Below are positions 10,868-22,111 of a stretch of 64,000 nucleotides of DNA, in pieces (within the stretch, counting starts at the first letter, position 1; each line of letters starts with the position of its first letter). Source of the DNA: Felis catus (taxonomy: Eukaryota). The position numbers were made by a program, and so were the translations under genes. The notes beneath the pieces were generated by a model. It had not been told where the DNA came from and did not search any database. It worked only from the letters and a program-made list of their open reading frames with translations. Location of the stretch: positions 15,936,001 through 16,000,000 of the forward strand of contig NC_058369.1 in the NCBI RefSeq assembly GCF_018350175.1. Reading direction: 5' to 3'.

Positions 10868-13566
10868 CCCTAAGCGGATGGGGAAAGGCGTGGGGAAGAA
10901 TCCTCTCTCAGTACCAGGAACACAGCACGTTGACTCCACAGTGGATGATGTTACTGTAGTCATCATAACATGAATGCTAAGTGTCGACTCAACCAGAAAC
11001 TGGAAAATAACCCCACTGAGAAGATGCGGGGGGGGGGGGGAAGGAAGTGTGAGGGAGCGAAACCCTCCACTACAAGAACAGGAAATCCATCAAAAATGTC
11101 TAAAATCGATACACCACGATATAACAAGTAGAGGCACCAGGAGAAATGGCCAGGAGGAATGGCGGCGGTCGCCTTGGAGGGGTGTGCAGGGGTCGGGAGA
11201 GGGATTTCTCAACCACGGCTGCCTTAACTTTCACGAAGCGTTTCTTGAAACGCTCTGCTGTTCTCAGATGAGGAAAGAAAGGCAAAAAGAGAATAAAAAT
11301 AGAAGGGTGAGAGTAAACCACAGCAGAATTTCTGACTGGACGCTCTAAGGCCATGACCGTTGAAAGAGATGAACACAAACTTGACCATGAGCTTCTTAGC
11401 AAGTCCGAACACAGAGCACACGGTGCCCGACATGGCCACTCAAATATTATTGGATTATCAGAATACTATGAAACCAGAGGCCGACCAACTACACATTTTA
11501 GGGAAATGCTGAACGGTCCAATGTTTGGGAGGACTCAATACCTGGCCACGTCTACGGCCCGACAGGATGATCACAGCCCTAGAAAAAGACTTTGCTGGGA
11601 TTTAAGAACAAACTGAAATGTGTGATTAAAACTGCAGTTGTATTCTTCAGAGTGAGTGCTCTAAATCTTAACGTTTGACATCATGGTGCAGAGATGACCG
11701 ATCACTCCTCCGCACCATCAGCCTTCGGTGGCTCCTGTGGTCACTAACGTGGCACATGTAAGACACTACAGACTTAAGCCTCCCAACTGAGGTTGGTGGA
11801 GGAACAAGGTTTTCTGTTTGCCAGTTTGGGGGAGGGCTTGTGGACGGGCTATCGTCACCGAATTACTAAGCTTTCCCTTTATCTCCCGTGGTCATCAACC
11901 GAGGTTTGTCTCTTCCTCAACTCCTGGAATTAAAGATACCATCGCTGGTGATAATACAATTTCATCGTGCAGTTTGAAGAGAAGGCCTTCAGAACAGTCT
12001 TCTCAGAAGCCGACTATCTGAAAACCCCTGAAGAGTCAAGTCCAATCTTCTGAGCTTTTTCTGCTGGGGGCTCCGGTCTGTCTCACGACAGGTGCGGCCT
12101 GGTGGCACCTGGTCGGGGCTAGGGCCATGCCTCTTACCCCTATCCCAGGACGCCTCCATCACGCAAGGCACCCGAATATGTCCCAGCTGGAAGTGCATAG
12201 GACTCAAGGTCCAGCAGGGCAGAGCTTTGACCAATGGGAGAGAGGAGCTGGTGGAGAAACGTGTCTGCCTCTATTTCCCAATCCTGAGAAGCATCTCAGC
12301 TTCTACCTGAGTGGCAGTAGTCACAGCACACCCTTGTACGACTCGCTCCTTCCCTGCTTTCCCACCCCACCTCTTGCCTCTGCGACCCGAGGTCACATAC
12401 CATGCTGAAGTTCCGGCACAAAAGCCTGGACCTTGGGCTCCGCCTTCCGGAGAACCCGAGCGAAGTCACAGGACTCCGAGCATCGCCTTCCCTCTCATCT
12501 TTACATTTCTAACATTTTCCCATGCTCTCGGGGCTCCGTACGAGCACTTGAGAAAACTCTGTGCTTAACACTTGAGTCTAATAAAATGCCATGAAGCGAC
12601 GTGGCCGGCATTCAACATTTTGTAAAAATCTGTCTCAGATTCCATCCGTATCTCAGCTCTCATTGTGCACACGCAGCTCCAGAGGCAGAGGGATAGCAGG
12701 ACCTTACAAGCAAGTCCGAAATACTTGTGCTTTCAAGATGACTTCTCTGGTGGCTTCCAGTAAATCAGCTATTTTTCCACAAACAGCTGTTGGTTGTTAG
12801 CAAGTTCTACTACGCCAGTATCATTATCTGTAAAGTGTATAATTACACTTTCTTCTGATCAGTCAGCCTTCCTAACACATCATGGAGGCTATGGCATTTG
12901 TTTCAGTGCTTGGAATAAACACGTACCAAAGTGGCTCCACCGTGTTGGAGATGCCCGTAGAGTTTACCCTCGGCTGACCACGGAATAATCCGAGTGGCTG
13001 TCTACCTTCCTGCTTCTGGCCAGCAGTTCTGCCGCATGATGCTGTGCTGTAGGCACTTTCTGAAAGGTGTGAGCAGAACTTTGCACGTCTGTGATCCCTA
13101 AATCACTCAGAGCCCTGCCACATGTTTTCTGTTTTCAATGACAGTTACATAACCTTGGCACCAAGAAAGGTCTTCCACTAAATACATATTTTTTCCCCCT
13201 TAAGATTTGCTTTTTGTGATCTGTATACAAAACCCAGAAATCTCTTGACAGGCAAGTGAAGTAAAAGCATGATAGAGTTCAGTGTTATCCCACTGAATCT
13301 CCATGATCTCCATCCTTTCTTGTCTGCCTTTTAAAGTTATTTGTATGCTTATGAACATCTCTCTGCGCAATGCTGCCAACACAGTGTATTTTGCATATCG
13401 TCCAGATAACACACACTCTCTCCTATTACTGGTTTTAACTTCCTTTTATTTGTTCTATCTGTTTAACCATTTGAAACATCTTACTTTCCACACCTTAACT
13501 TGACAGCTGGTATCATCTTTAGTTTTTGCCACATTTCCCTCTTGCCATAGTCAACGTACATTTATA

Positions 13567-13998
13567 ATTTTTTTTAATGTTTATTTATTTTTGAGAGAGA
13601 GAGAGAGACAGAGCATGAGCAGAGGAGGGGCAGAGAAAGAGGGAGACAGAATCCAAAGCAGGCTGCACACTGTCAGCATGGAGCCCGACTCGGGGCTCGA
13701 ACTCACCAAACCATGAGATCAAGAGTCGGAACGCCTAACCTACTGAGCCACCCAGGTGCCCCTGTCTTTCTTACTATTTAAAAAAAAATTTTTTTTTAAA
13801 CATTTATTCGTTTTTGAGAGACAGAGCACAAGCAGAGGTGGGGCAGAGAGAGAAAGAGAGGGAGACACAGAGTCCGAAGCAGGCTCCAGGCTCTGAGCCG
13901 TCAGCACAGAGCCCGCCGCGGGGCTCGAACTCACAAGCTGTGAGATCATGACCTGAGCCGAAGTCGGACGCTCAGCTGACTGAGCCACCCAGGCGCCC
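13567..13998 (-). mobile_element. Two tandem CAN-SINEs inserted in the Tudor pseudogene
   Basis: Copies at 13567-13762 and 13785-13998; the pair is flanked by agtcaacgtacatttata / agtcgacgttcatttata. Confidence 0.95.
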
Positions 13999-14494
13999 CA
14001 GTCGACGTTCATTTATATTTCAACTGGTTGATAGGACTTCAACACAAGAAGCAGGTAAGGAGTGTTTTCACTCTCAGTGACCCTGAAATGCTTCCCTACA
14101 TTGGAAGTGAATATCCGACTATTTACAATGAATTTGTGCATCTGTCGCATGCATTTCTCCCAGGGGGCCTGGCATGATCCCATGACCGCTGAGCAGCCAT
14201 AAATTCACAAATCCCCAAATGACACTGGCATTTCGACTTTTGTCCTTCTAGTGCCTAAGGTCAAAGCTTGAGCCAAAATTAGATTCTTTTAACCACGCTC
14301 TTTACCTATCCCATATTACCTCAACCACATTTTTGAATGGTGCTGAATTCTCGAATACACTATGTCCATACTGGGTACGTGCCAAAATCTCTGTGTGCTG
14401 TTTTGTTTCTTGTGACTCATAAGGGATTAAAATAGAAAAAAGGAGAACAACACCTGTGTGGTTATTTCAAGAACTATAGATGTATCGGGAAGTC

Positions 14495-14711
14495 TTTTTT
14501 TTTTTTTAATGTTTATTTGTTTTTTAGAAAGAGAGAGACAGAGCGCGAACGGGGAAGGGGCAGAGAGAGAAGGAGACACAGAATCGGAAGCAGGCTCCAG
14601 GCTCCGAGCCGTCAGCCCAGAGCCCGACGCGGGGCTCGAACTCACAAACCGTGAGATCATGACCCAAGCCCAAGTCGGATGCTTAGAAAACTTGAGCCAC
14701 CCGGGCACCCC
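14495..14711 (-). mobile_element. CAN-SINE in the Tudor pseudogene
   Basis: TSD agtctt. Confidence 0.95.
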
Positions 14712-14794
14712 AGTCTTCAAAGAAGCCTAAAGGTGCATTGGTAGAATGCTTTTCTTTTTCCTACTGTGCCTGAAACATCAGATTTTTAAAAAAA

Positions 14795-15006
14795 ATTTTT
14801 TTTCAACGTTTATTTATTTTTGGGACAGAGAGAGACAGAGCGTGAACAGGGGAGGGGCAGAGAGAGAGGGAGACACAGAATCGGAAGCAGGCTCCAGGCT
14901 CCGAGCCATCAGCCCAGAGCCCGACGCGGGGCTCGAACTCACGGACCGCGAGATCGTGACCTGGCTGAAGTCGGACGCTTAACCGACTGCGCCACCCAGG
15001 TGCCCC
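14795..15006 (-). mobile_element. Young cat-type CAN-SINE in the Tudor pseudogene
   Basis: Diagnostic gtgacctggctgaagtcgg. Confidence 0.96.
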
Positions 15007-15659
15007 GAAAAATCATATATATATATTTTTTAACTTCTATAAACATTCAGCTAAGGTAAGCAGCTGAGACCCTATCTTGAAGACTGAGATGATCTAGCTT
15101 CTGAAGCAGAGCCAGACCGTACGGGTCCAGGAACCACAAGGTGGTGACAGGTGGAGAGAAGTGGGAGATGGTGACACAGCTCATGTTTTTACCTAATGAT
15201 CCACTCATAAATATGACTTCCTGTCCCCATACCTCCAGGGTGTTAGTGCTCAAGTGACCCAACAAAGTTCCCCTCATTGGAAACTGAGAATGCCACCTGA
15301 CCTCGTTGTCATTTCCTTGTACAATTAGAGAAATGCCCCTCCCTGCCAAAGATATATATTCTGGAAGATTACATATGTGAAATCTGGGGGAACATTTTAT
15401 GCATCTTGTATTATTAGACCCCCAAATGTCCTAGACAGACAGGTCTACGGATGTCTCAGATGGCTGAGAAATGACAGATTGGGCCACTCCAAAGGACTCC
15501 ACGCACGGAGGTGGTGGTCAAAGGAAAGGGGAACATGAAACAGTCGCGGAGGAGGGTCTTAAACACCAGTTGCAAAAATAAGTCTTGTTTCTGCCTATAC
15601 TTCTGTTCCTTTTGACTTCTCACAGTATTGTGTATCGGATATGTTGGTCGTGGTTAAAT

Positions 15660-15877
15660 TTAATCTTTATTTATTTTTGAGAGAGAGAGAGAGAGAGACA
15701 GAGACAGAGCGTGAGCAGGGGAGGAGCAGACAGAGAGGGAGACACAGAATCCGAAGCAGGCTCCGGGCTCTGAGCTGTCGGCACAGAGCCCCGATGTGGG
15801 GCTCGAGCCCACGACCTGCAAGATCATGACCTGAGCCGAAGTCAGACGCTTAACCGACTGAGCCACCCAGGCACCCC
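15660..15877 (-). mobile_element. CAN-SINE
   Basis: TSD gtc(g/a)tggttaaatttaa. Confidence 0.95.
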
Positions 15878-16687
15878 AGTCATGGTTAAATTTAACATTT
15901 GGTTCCCGGGCTGCAGATTATCAACAGGCTCACAGTGAAAGTCCGGTAGAAATGGACATTTCTGGGAGAGCGGGACAGTGAACTCAAGAACGTGTTTCCA
16001 GGTGCGGTCGTGGGTAACACCTTTGGGCTGCTCCCCACCCCCATGAGGGGCTGAGTGCTTTTGCAGTTGACTGACTATATCCAGGGTCACCTTTGGATAA
16101 TCAGGAAGAAAGGTCAGGTGTGTGTTTGCATGTGGCCAATGGGTGCACCCTTAGAAACTTCCAGAAAGGTGTCAGCGAGCTCACAGAAATTCCCGCAGTG
16201 ACCATGGCTGTGCCACCCACTCTGCTCCCTGGCAGGGGTGCTGACTCATGCTGCGTGATCACGTTTGGAAAATGTCAAACAAAATAATTTTGAACATGTA
16301 AATGAAACCATTCCGGGGCCAACGGTGGGTAGAACTGAGTTATCTCAAGGCCCCAGAGGGCATGTCCATGAACCCCTGCTGCCGAGGCCCCCAGAGTTTT
16401 CACTGCCGGGCCGCCCAGCTCATGTTTCCACTCTGTAAACTTCCCATGCCTCCTTCCAGCAAATCCATCGGGAATGGAAGGGTCAGTGTCGGTAGTTTTC
16501 CGAAGAAACTTAACTGATGTGGACATGAAACATGGGTTATTTTAGGGAGATCGATCTGGTACCAGAGGACACCGAGTTGGACTGGAGACGGTGGGTTCAG
16601 AGAAAAGTATGAAGAATTATACACGGTACTCAGACAGGAGTGATTTCCGGATGTATATGTTCTGAGGAAGGAGTGTTGAGTGGGGTG

Positions 16688-16689
<2 letters not shown>

Positions 16690-16724
<35 letters not shown>
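16690..16724 (+). repeat. (TG)n microsatellite
   Basis: Directly visible. Confidence 0.95.
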
Positions 16725-16725
<1 letters not shown>

Positions 16726-16774
16726 TGTGATGTGCTCCAGGTTGCACGTCAAAACCCCAGAACTTACCGGATGA

Positions 16775-17240
16775 GGACAACAAAGTCTGTATTGTGCCTC
16801 ACAACTTTGTGGGTCAGGAGTTTGGTAAAGGCTTGGCTGAGCAATGCTTCCCTGTGGGGCACCGGCTGGGATGAGCCGGTGACGGTCAGCTGGTGGGGAG
16901 GCTGGTCTGGAGGACCCAGGACGGCTTCACTCCCAGTCTGGATCCTGCTAAGGGCCTGCTGAGAGGCCAGGCACGGCTGGCCGTCCTCCCCGGCCCCCAG
17001 AGGTCTTCTATACCTGGCATCCCCAGCAGGACAGCCAGATTGCTTATATAACTGCCCACGGCTCCGAGAGCAAACGTTCCAAGACGTAAGCCTCCAGTTC
17101 CTAAGGCCTAGGCCAGGAGCCGGAACGGTATCCCTTCTGCCACAAGCTATTGCTCAAAGCAGTGACAGAGCCCACTCGGATTCACGGGAGGGGACGTAGA
17201 GTTCGTGTCTCAATGGGAGAAATGCCAAAACATCTGCAGT
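16775..17240. mobile_element. MaLR (MLT1-type) solo LTR
   Basis: ctcacaactttgtgggtcaggagtttgg..ctggtctggaggacccaggacggcttcactc..gcagtgacagagcccactcggattcacgggaggg. Confidence 0.65.
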
Positions 17241-17549
17241 CACCGTATCTGCCAAGGTTGTGGGGTGTGTGTGTGTGTGTGTGTGTGCGCGCACGTGTGA
17301 ATACTGACTTCTGCGGCAGCAAGATTATCTAACCAGTAGACTCCTTAAAATCTCGACTGCAATCAAATAGTAGACGAGAGGATACGTCTCTTTATAGAAG
17401 TAGTCCGGCTAATAAATAGAGAAAAAACAGTGGAATGATAACATCTCCACTCTGTAACCCGCAATGAATCCGTACATGCAGGCAACGATCATCCGTGGCT
17501 GCTAACATCACAAGAGGAGGGACTATCTGCTCCTATCAATGAGTATCTG

Positions 17550-17682
17550 AGGGAAGCCTGGGTGGTTCAGTCGGTTAAGTGGTTAAGCATCCAACTCTTG
17601 ATATCCACTCAAGTCATGATCTGAACCCTGTCTTGGGCTCCCTCCCTCTCTCTCTCTCTGTCTCTCTCTCCCCCGGCCCCCG

Positions 17683-17714
<32 letters not shown>

Positions 17715-17752
17715 CCTGTCTCTCTCTCTCAAAGTAAATAAACATAAAAAAA
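17550..17752 (+). mobile_element. CAN-SINE (older)
   Basis: TSD agtatctga. Confidence 0.88.
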
Positions 17753-18591
17753 TTAGTATCTGAAAGCCTTTTACGGAGGAAAGACCAGAAGCATATATTT
17801 TTAAATGTTAATAATAATCATTACATGTTGGTGTCTCTTTCTCTTTTGTGTGTGTGCTTTTCTTTTCCATTTTTGACGGTTTTCAGATTACAAAAATAAT
17901 ACATACATGTAGCGAGGGACATCTTTAGATATACAGACGTGTAAAAGCCAGGTGATCATCTCTCCTTCCGCCTTCCCCTTCCTCACACAAAAAGAAACAC
18001 GAGCACATCCGCACGTGCAGAGTTTCCTTTGCCTGCTCGCACGGATAGATCATCGGATGATAGACACTCATTTTTCTTCAACCTGCTAATTTTGCACTTT
18101 ATTGTAAATTACCGGCATCCCCCCATTGGACAGATACTTAGCTCCCTCCATCTTTCTTCTAGTTTCTTTATGCAAAAGTACACATTTGCACGTGCAATTT
18201 TCCATTTATGGTCATAGTATACTTGCATGGGTGAAGGTAGGCTTTTCTTTTTCATATAGTTTTTGTTTCTCTCTTTTTTCCTACCAGTCTCTCCATGCCT
18301 GGTCTTCCTGCCTAGAGTCGCCAGGTCTCACGGATGACCACGTTCTCCGTCCCGATACGCCGCATCCGTGCACAAGGTTGGGTGCTTTCTCTTGGTCTGG
18401 TTTTGTCATTGTGTGCAACACATAACACCTAGCTCTTTGCAACTGGCTTCCTCGTCCAACAGTACCTAAATTTTCCCAGTTCAGCTGGTTTGGTTCCAGT
18501 TCCCTCCTTTTAATGGCATGCTAGTAATTCTAGGGTGTGGGCAGGCCATAATTTATTAAACCTTTCTAGTATTTAGAATTAATCACTTAAG

Positions 18592-18635
<44 letters not shown>

Positions 18636-18637
<2 letters not shown>

Positions 18638-18835
18638 AATTCATTTTGAGAGAGAAAGAGAGAGACAGAGCACGAGTAGGGGAGGAACAGAGAGAGAGGG
18701 AGAGAGAATCCCAAGCAGGCTCCACACTGTCAGCGCAGAGCCCAATGTGGGGCTCGAACTCACGAACAGGGATATCATGACCTGAACCGGAATCAGGAGT
18801 CAGAGGCTTTAACCGACTGAGCCCCCCAGGCACCC
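18636..18835 (-). mobile_element. CAN-SINE with adjacent (TG)n at 18594-18634
   Basis: Antisense head and (AG)n. Confidence 0.92.
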
Positions 18836-18888
18836 CTCCAGGCTTTTCCCCCCCTACTTAAACATCCTTATACACCAGTCACTGGAAC

Positions 18889-19991
18889 TTTTTTTTTTTT
18901 TATATGAAATTTATTGACAAGTTGGTTTCCATACAACACCCAGTGCTCATCCCAAAAGGTGCCCTCCTCAATACCCATCACCCACCCTCTCCTCCCTCCC
19001 ACCCCCCATCAACCCTCAGTTTGTTCTCAGTTTTTAACAGTTTCTTATGCTTTGACTCTCTCCCACTCTAACCTGTTTTTTTTTTCCTTCCCCTCCCCCA
19101 TGGGTTCCTGTTAAGTTTCTCAGGGTCCACATAAGAGTGAAACCATATGATATCTGTCTTTCTCTGTATGGCTTATTTCACTTAGCATCACACTCTCCAG
19201 TTCCATCCACGTTGCTACAAAAGGCCATATTTCATTTTTTCTCATTGCCACGTAATATTCCATTGTGTATATAAACCAATTTCTTTATCCATTCATCAGT
19301 TGATGGACATTTAGGCTCTTTCCATAATTTGGCTATTGTTGAGAGTGCTGCTATGAACATTGGGGTACAAGTGGCCCTATGCATCAGTACTCCTGTATCC
19401 CTTGGATAAATTCCTAGCAGTGCTATTGCTGGGTCATAGGGTAGGTCTATTTTTAATTTTCTGAGGAACCTCCACACTGCTTTCCAGAGCGGCTGCACCA
19501 ATTTGCATTCCCACCAACAGTGCAAGAGGGTTCCCGTTTCTCCACATCCTCGCCAGCATCTATAGTCTCCTGATTTGTTCATTTTGGCCACTCTGACTGG
19601 TGTGAGGTGATACCTGAGTGTGGTTTTGATTTGTATTTCCCTGATAAGGAGCGACGCTGAACATCTTTTCATGTGCCTGTTGGCCATCCGGATGTCTTCT
19701 TTAGAGAAGTGTCTATTCATGTTTTCTGCCCATTTCTTCACTGGGTTATTTGTTTTTCGGGTGTGGAGTTTGGTGAGCTCTTTATAGATTTTGGATACTA
19801 GCCCTTTGTCCGATATGTCATTTGCAAATATCTTTTCCCATTCCGTTGGTTGCCTTTTAGTTTTGTTGGTTGTTTCCTTTGCTGTGCAGAAGCTTTTTAT
19901 CTTCATAAGGTCCCAGTAATTCACTTTTGCTTTTAATTCCCTTGCCTTTGGGGATGTGTCGAGTAAGAGATTGCTATGGCTGAGGTCAGAG
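18889..19991 (-). mobile_element. Young felid L1, 5'-truncated (ORF2 C-terminus, 3' UTR, poly(A))
   Basis: Track ORF 19232-19924 is the L1 ORF2 C-terminus ([26 protein letters not shown]); poly(T) at 18889; TSD tggaactttt at 18883 and 19992. Confidence 0.95.
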
Positions 19992-20610
19992 TGGAACTTT
20001 TATTTCTACGACATCCATCCCCAGGAGTGGGGTTGGGGTGGGGGACAACCCAGGAAATACGCTCCCAGTTGGACAGACCCTGCCCCATTGTTCTCTGAAA
20101 CAATGACAGCAATTTACTTTTCCACAGACTGTGTCTGAGGAAATCCCTCACACCTGCCTCCCCCCACCAGCTCCTTACCCACGCATCCCCACCCTCGCCA
20201 GAGTGGTTAGTCGGATGGGCATAAAGTGGTATTTCCCTTTTAATGTCATTTGTGTGTTTGTGCGTGTTTGTGTATTGTTTAGCCATTTGGATTTGCCCCT
20301 CTGCGAACTGCCCATTCGTTAGGGATAAGAAAGGAGACACACTCCCAAATGTGGAAGCGATTGCACAGTTACAGGTGAATTCTGCATGCAGCACCAAGGC
20401 AGAGCATTCGAAAACTTTGAGGAAGTAGGAGAAAAGTTTTAAATTAGAAACCCGGACAGTTTTACATTATGAAAACTCAGCCAAGAAGGGGGAGATACAA
20501 ATAGATCAATGAATAGAAAATTAAAAAGGGAAAGTAATATCTACTTAAAGAAAAAAAAAAGGAACCCAATGTTTTCACAGCTAGGTTTTGCCTAACCTTT
20601 AAAGAATAGA

Positions 20611-20836
20611 TTTTTTTTTAAATTTTTTTTTTTCAACGTTTATTTATTTTTGGGACAGAGAGAGACAGAGCATGAACGGGGGAGGGGCAGAGAGAGAGGG
20701 AGACACAGAATCGGAAACAGGCTCCAGGCTCTGAGCCATCAGCCCAGAGCCCGACGTGGGGCTCGAACTCACGGACCGCGAGATCGTGACCTGGCTGAAG
20801 TCGGACGCTTAACCGACTGCGCCACCCAGGCGCCCC
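20611..20836 (-). mobile_element. Young cat-type CAN-SINE
   Basis: TSD taaagaatagatttttt. Confidence 0.97.
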
Positions 20837-21120
20837 TAAAGAATAGATTTTTTATGATATTGCCATTTTTGCAGCTCATAGAAATAGATGGGAAACTTCC
20901 TAATTAATTTTGTGAAGTCCGCCTGTTATAAAGATAGAGTCAACTATGTATGAGTGTCACTTTCAAGTTCGTGATGGTCCAAAACGTGACTAAAGAAAAT
21001 TCAGCAGTGCAGAAAAAGAATAATAATAACAGTGATGTTATGTAAACATGAAAAGGTGGCCCAAATTAGGACCCCTCTTCTCTTAATGCATTCGATTGAC
21101 AAACTAAAGAACAAAAACCA

Positions 21121-21232
21121 GGGGCCCCTGGCTGGCTCAGGTGGTGGAGTGTGTAGCCCTTGACCTCAGGGGCATGAGTTCAAGCCCCCACACTGGGTGT
21201 GGAGATTACTTAAATGAGTATATAAATAAAAA
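21121..21232 (+). mobile_element. Short old CAN-SINE
   Basis: ggggcccctggctggctcag..gagttcaagcccc..tggagattacttaaa. Confidence 0.8.
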
Positions 21233-21236
21233 CTTA

Positions 21237-22111
21237 CCAAATTTGGCTATTGCTGAAAGTGCTGCTATAAACACTGGGGCACGTGTGCCCCTATGAATCA
21301 GTACTCCTGTGTCCTCTGGATAAATTCCTAGTAGTGCTATTGCCGGGTCATAGGGTAATTCTATTTTTAATTTTTTGAGGAACCTCCCTCCTGTTTTCCA
21401 GAGTGGCTGCACCGGTTTGCATTCCCACCAGCAGTGCAAAAGAGATCCTCTCTCTCCGCATCCTCGCCAACATCTGTTGTTGCCTGAGTTGTTAATTTTA
21501 GTCACTCTGACCAGTGTGAGGTGGTATCTCATTGTGGTTTTGATTTGTATTTCCCTGATGATGATGTGGAGCATCTTTTCCTGCGTCTGTTGGCCATCTG
21601 GATGTCTTCTTTGGAAAAGTGTCTATTCATGTCTTCTGCCCATTTCTGTCCATCAACTGATGAATGGATAAAGAAGATGTGGTTTATATATACAATGGGA
21701 TACTACTTGGCAATGAGAAAGAATGAAATCTTGCCATTTGCGACCACATGGATGGAACTGGAGGGTATTATGCTAGGTGAAATAAGTCAGTCAGAGAAAG
21801 ACAGATAGCTATGTTTTCACTCATATGTGGATCTTGAGACACTTAGTAGAAGACCATGGGGGGAGGGAAGGGGGAAAAATGGTTACAAACAGAGAGGGAG
21901 GGAGGCAAACCATAAGAGACTCATGAATACAGAGAACAAACTGAGGGTTGATGGGGGAGTGGGAGAGAGGGGAAACGGGTGATGGGCATTGAGGAGGGCA
22001 CTTATTGGGCTGAGCATTGGCTATTGTATGTAAGCCATGAACCAGGGAAATCTACCCCAAAAACCAAGAGCACACTTTACACTCTGTATGTTGGCCAATT
22101 TGATGACAAAT

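Larger units (their letters stand above)
8745..11310 (+). mobile_element. HAL1 (half-L1) element, ancient, interrupted by an L1 3' end and a SINE
   Basis: ccccaggcaggagattggaggattcttctctg at the 5' side, a degenerate ORF1-like region at 9700-10400, and ccaccaaatgagggagtaagcaagaaagagg..ggatcctggaaatggggttcaacacag match recalled HAL1 sequence. Confidence 0.7.
7800..15540 (-). pseudogene. Decayed multi-Tudor-domain gene, TDRD15/TDRD6-like, intronless, many stops and frameshifts
   Basis: Hand translation of the minus strand after removing inserted repeats gives collinear extended-Tudor motifs: LIVQGNDNEVRWH..RGTLLGHLSTNTLEV..GKNMSCVTISHFS (track ORF 15047-15349); VSGTV..ILPMH (14733-14780); SIVLE..SFFL; LAQALTLGTRRTKVEMPVS; VEI*MYVDYGKRE (YVDYG at 13558-13544) then MIPAVKLRC; MEI..YHAFTS..DFWV..TDH (13305-13215); PTRWSHFGTCLF; LGHIRVP..W; EG*WCGGVIGHL (about 11717-11690); WSASGFIVF..MSGTVCSV; KPGAV..IAKFFLKDVW..ALV (about 8700-8630); LSPISKLFEALPPSSI (about 8092-8045). 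Both ends are approximate. Confidence 0.8.
17900..20310 (-). mobile_element. Old L1 (L1ME-like) 3' fragments, interrupted by a SINE and a young L1
   Basis: Degenerate antisense L1 motifs at 18430-18590 and 20000-20310 (ataaagtggtatttccc..ttagccatttggatttgccc). Confidence 0.5.

Noticed and set aside
14150..14400. Alternative-frame reading (..NVVEVIWDR..LEGQKSKC..W) as an extra Tudor unit
   Set aside because: Another frame gives a more coherent linker plus unit-2 start that runs into YVDYG, so this is probably chance and was not counted.
19232..19924. 230-aa ORF
   Set aside because: It is the L1 ORF2 C-terminus of a truncated copy, not a host gene.
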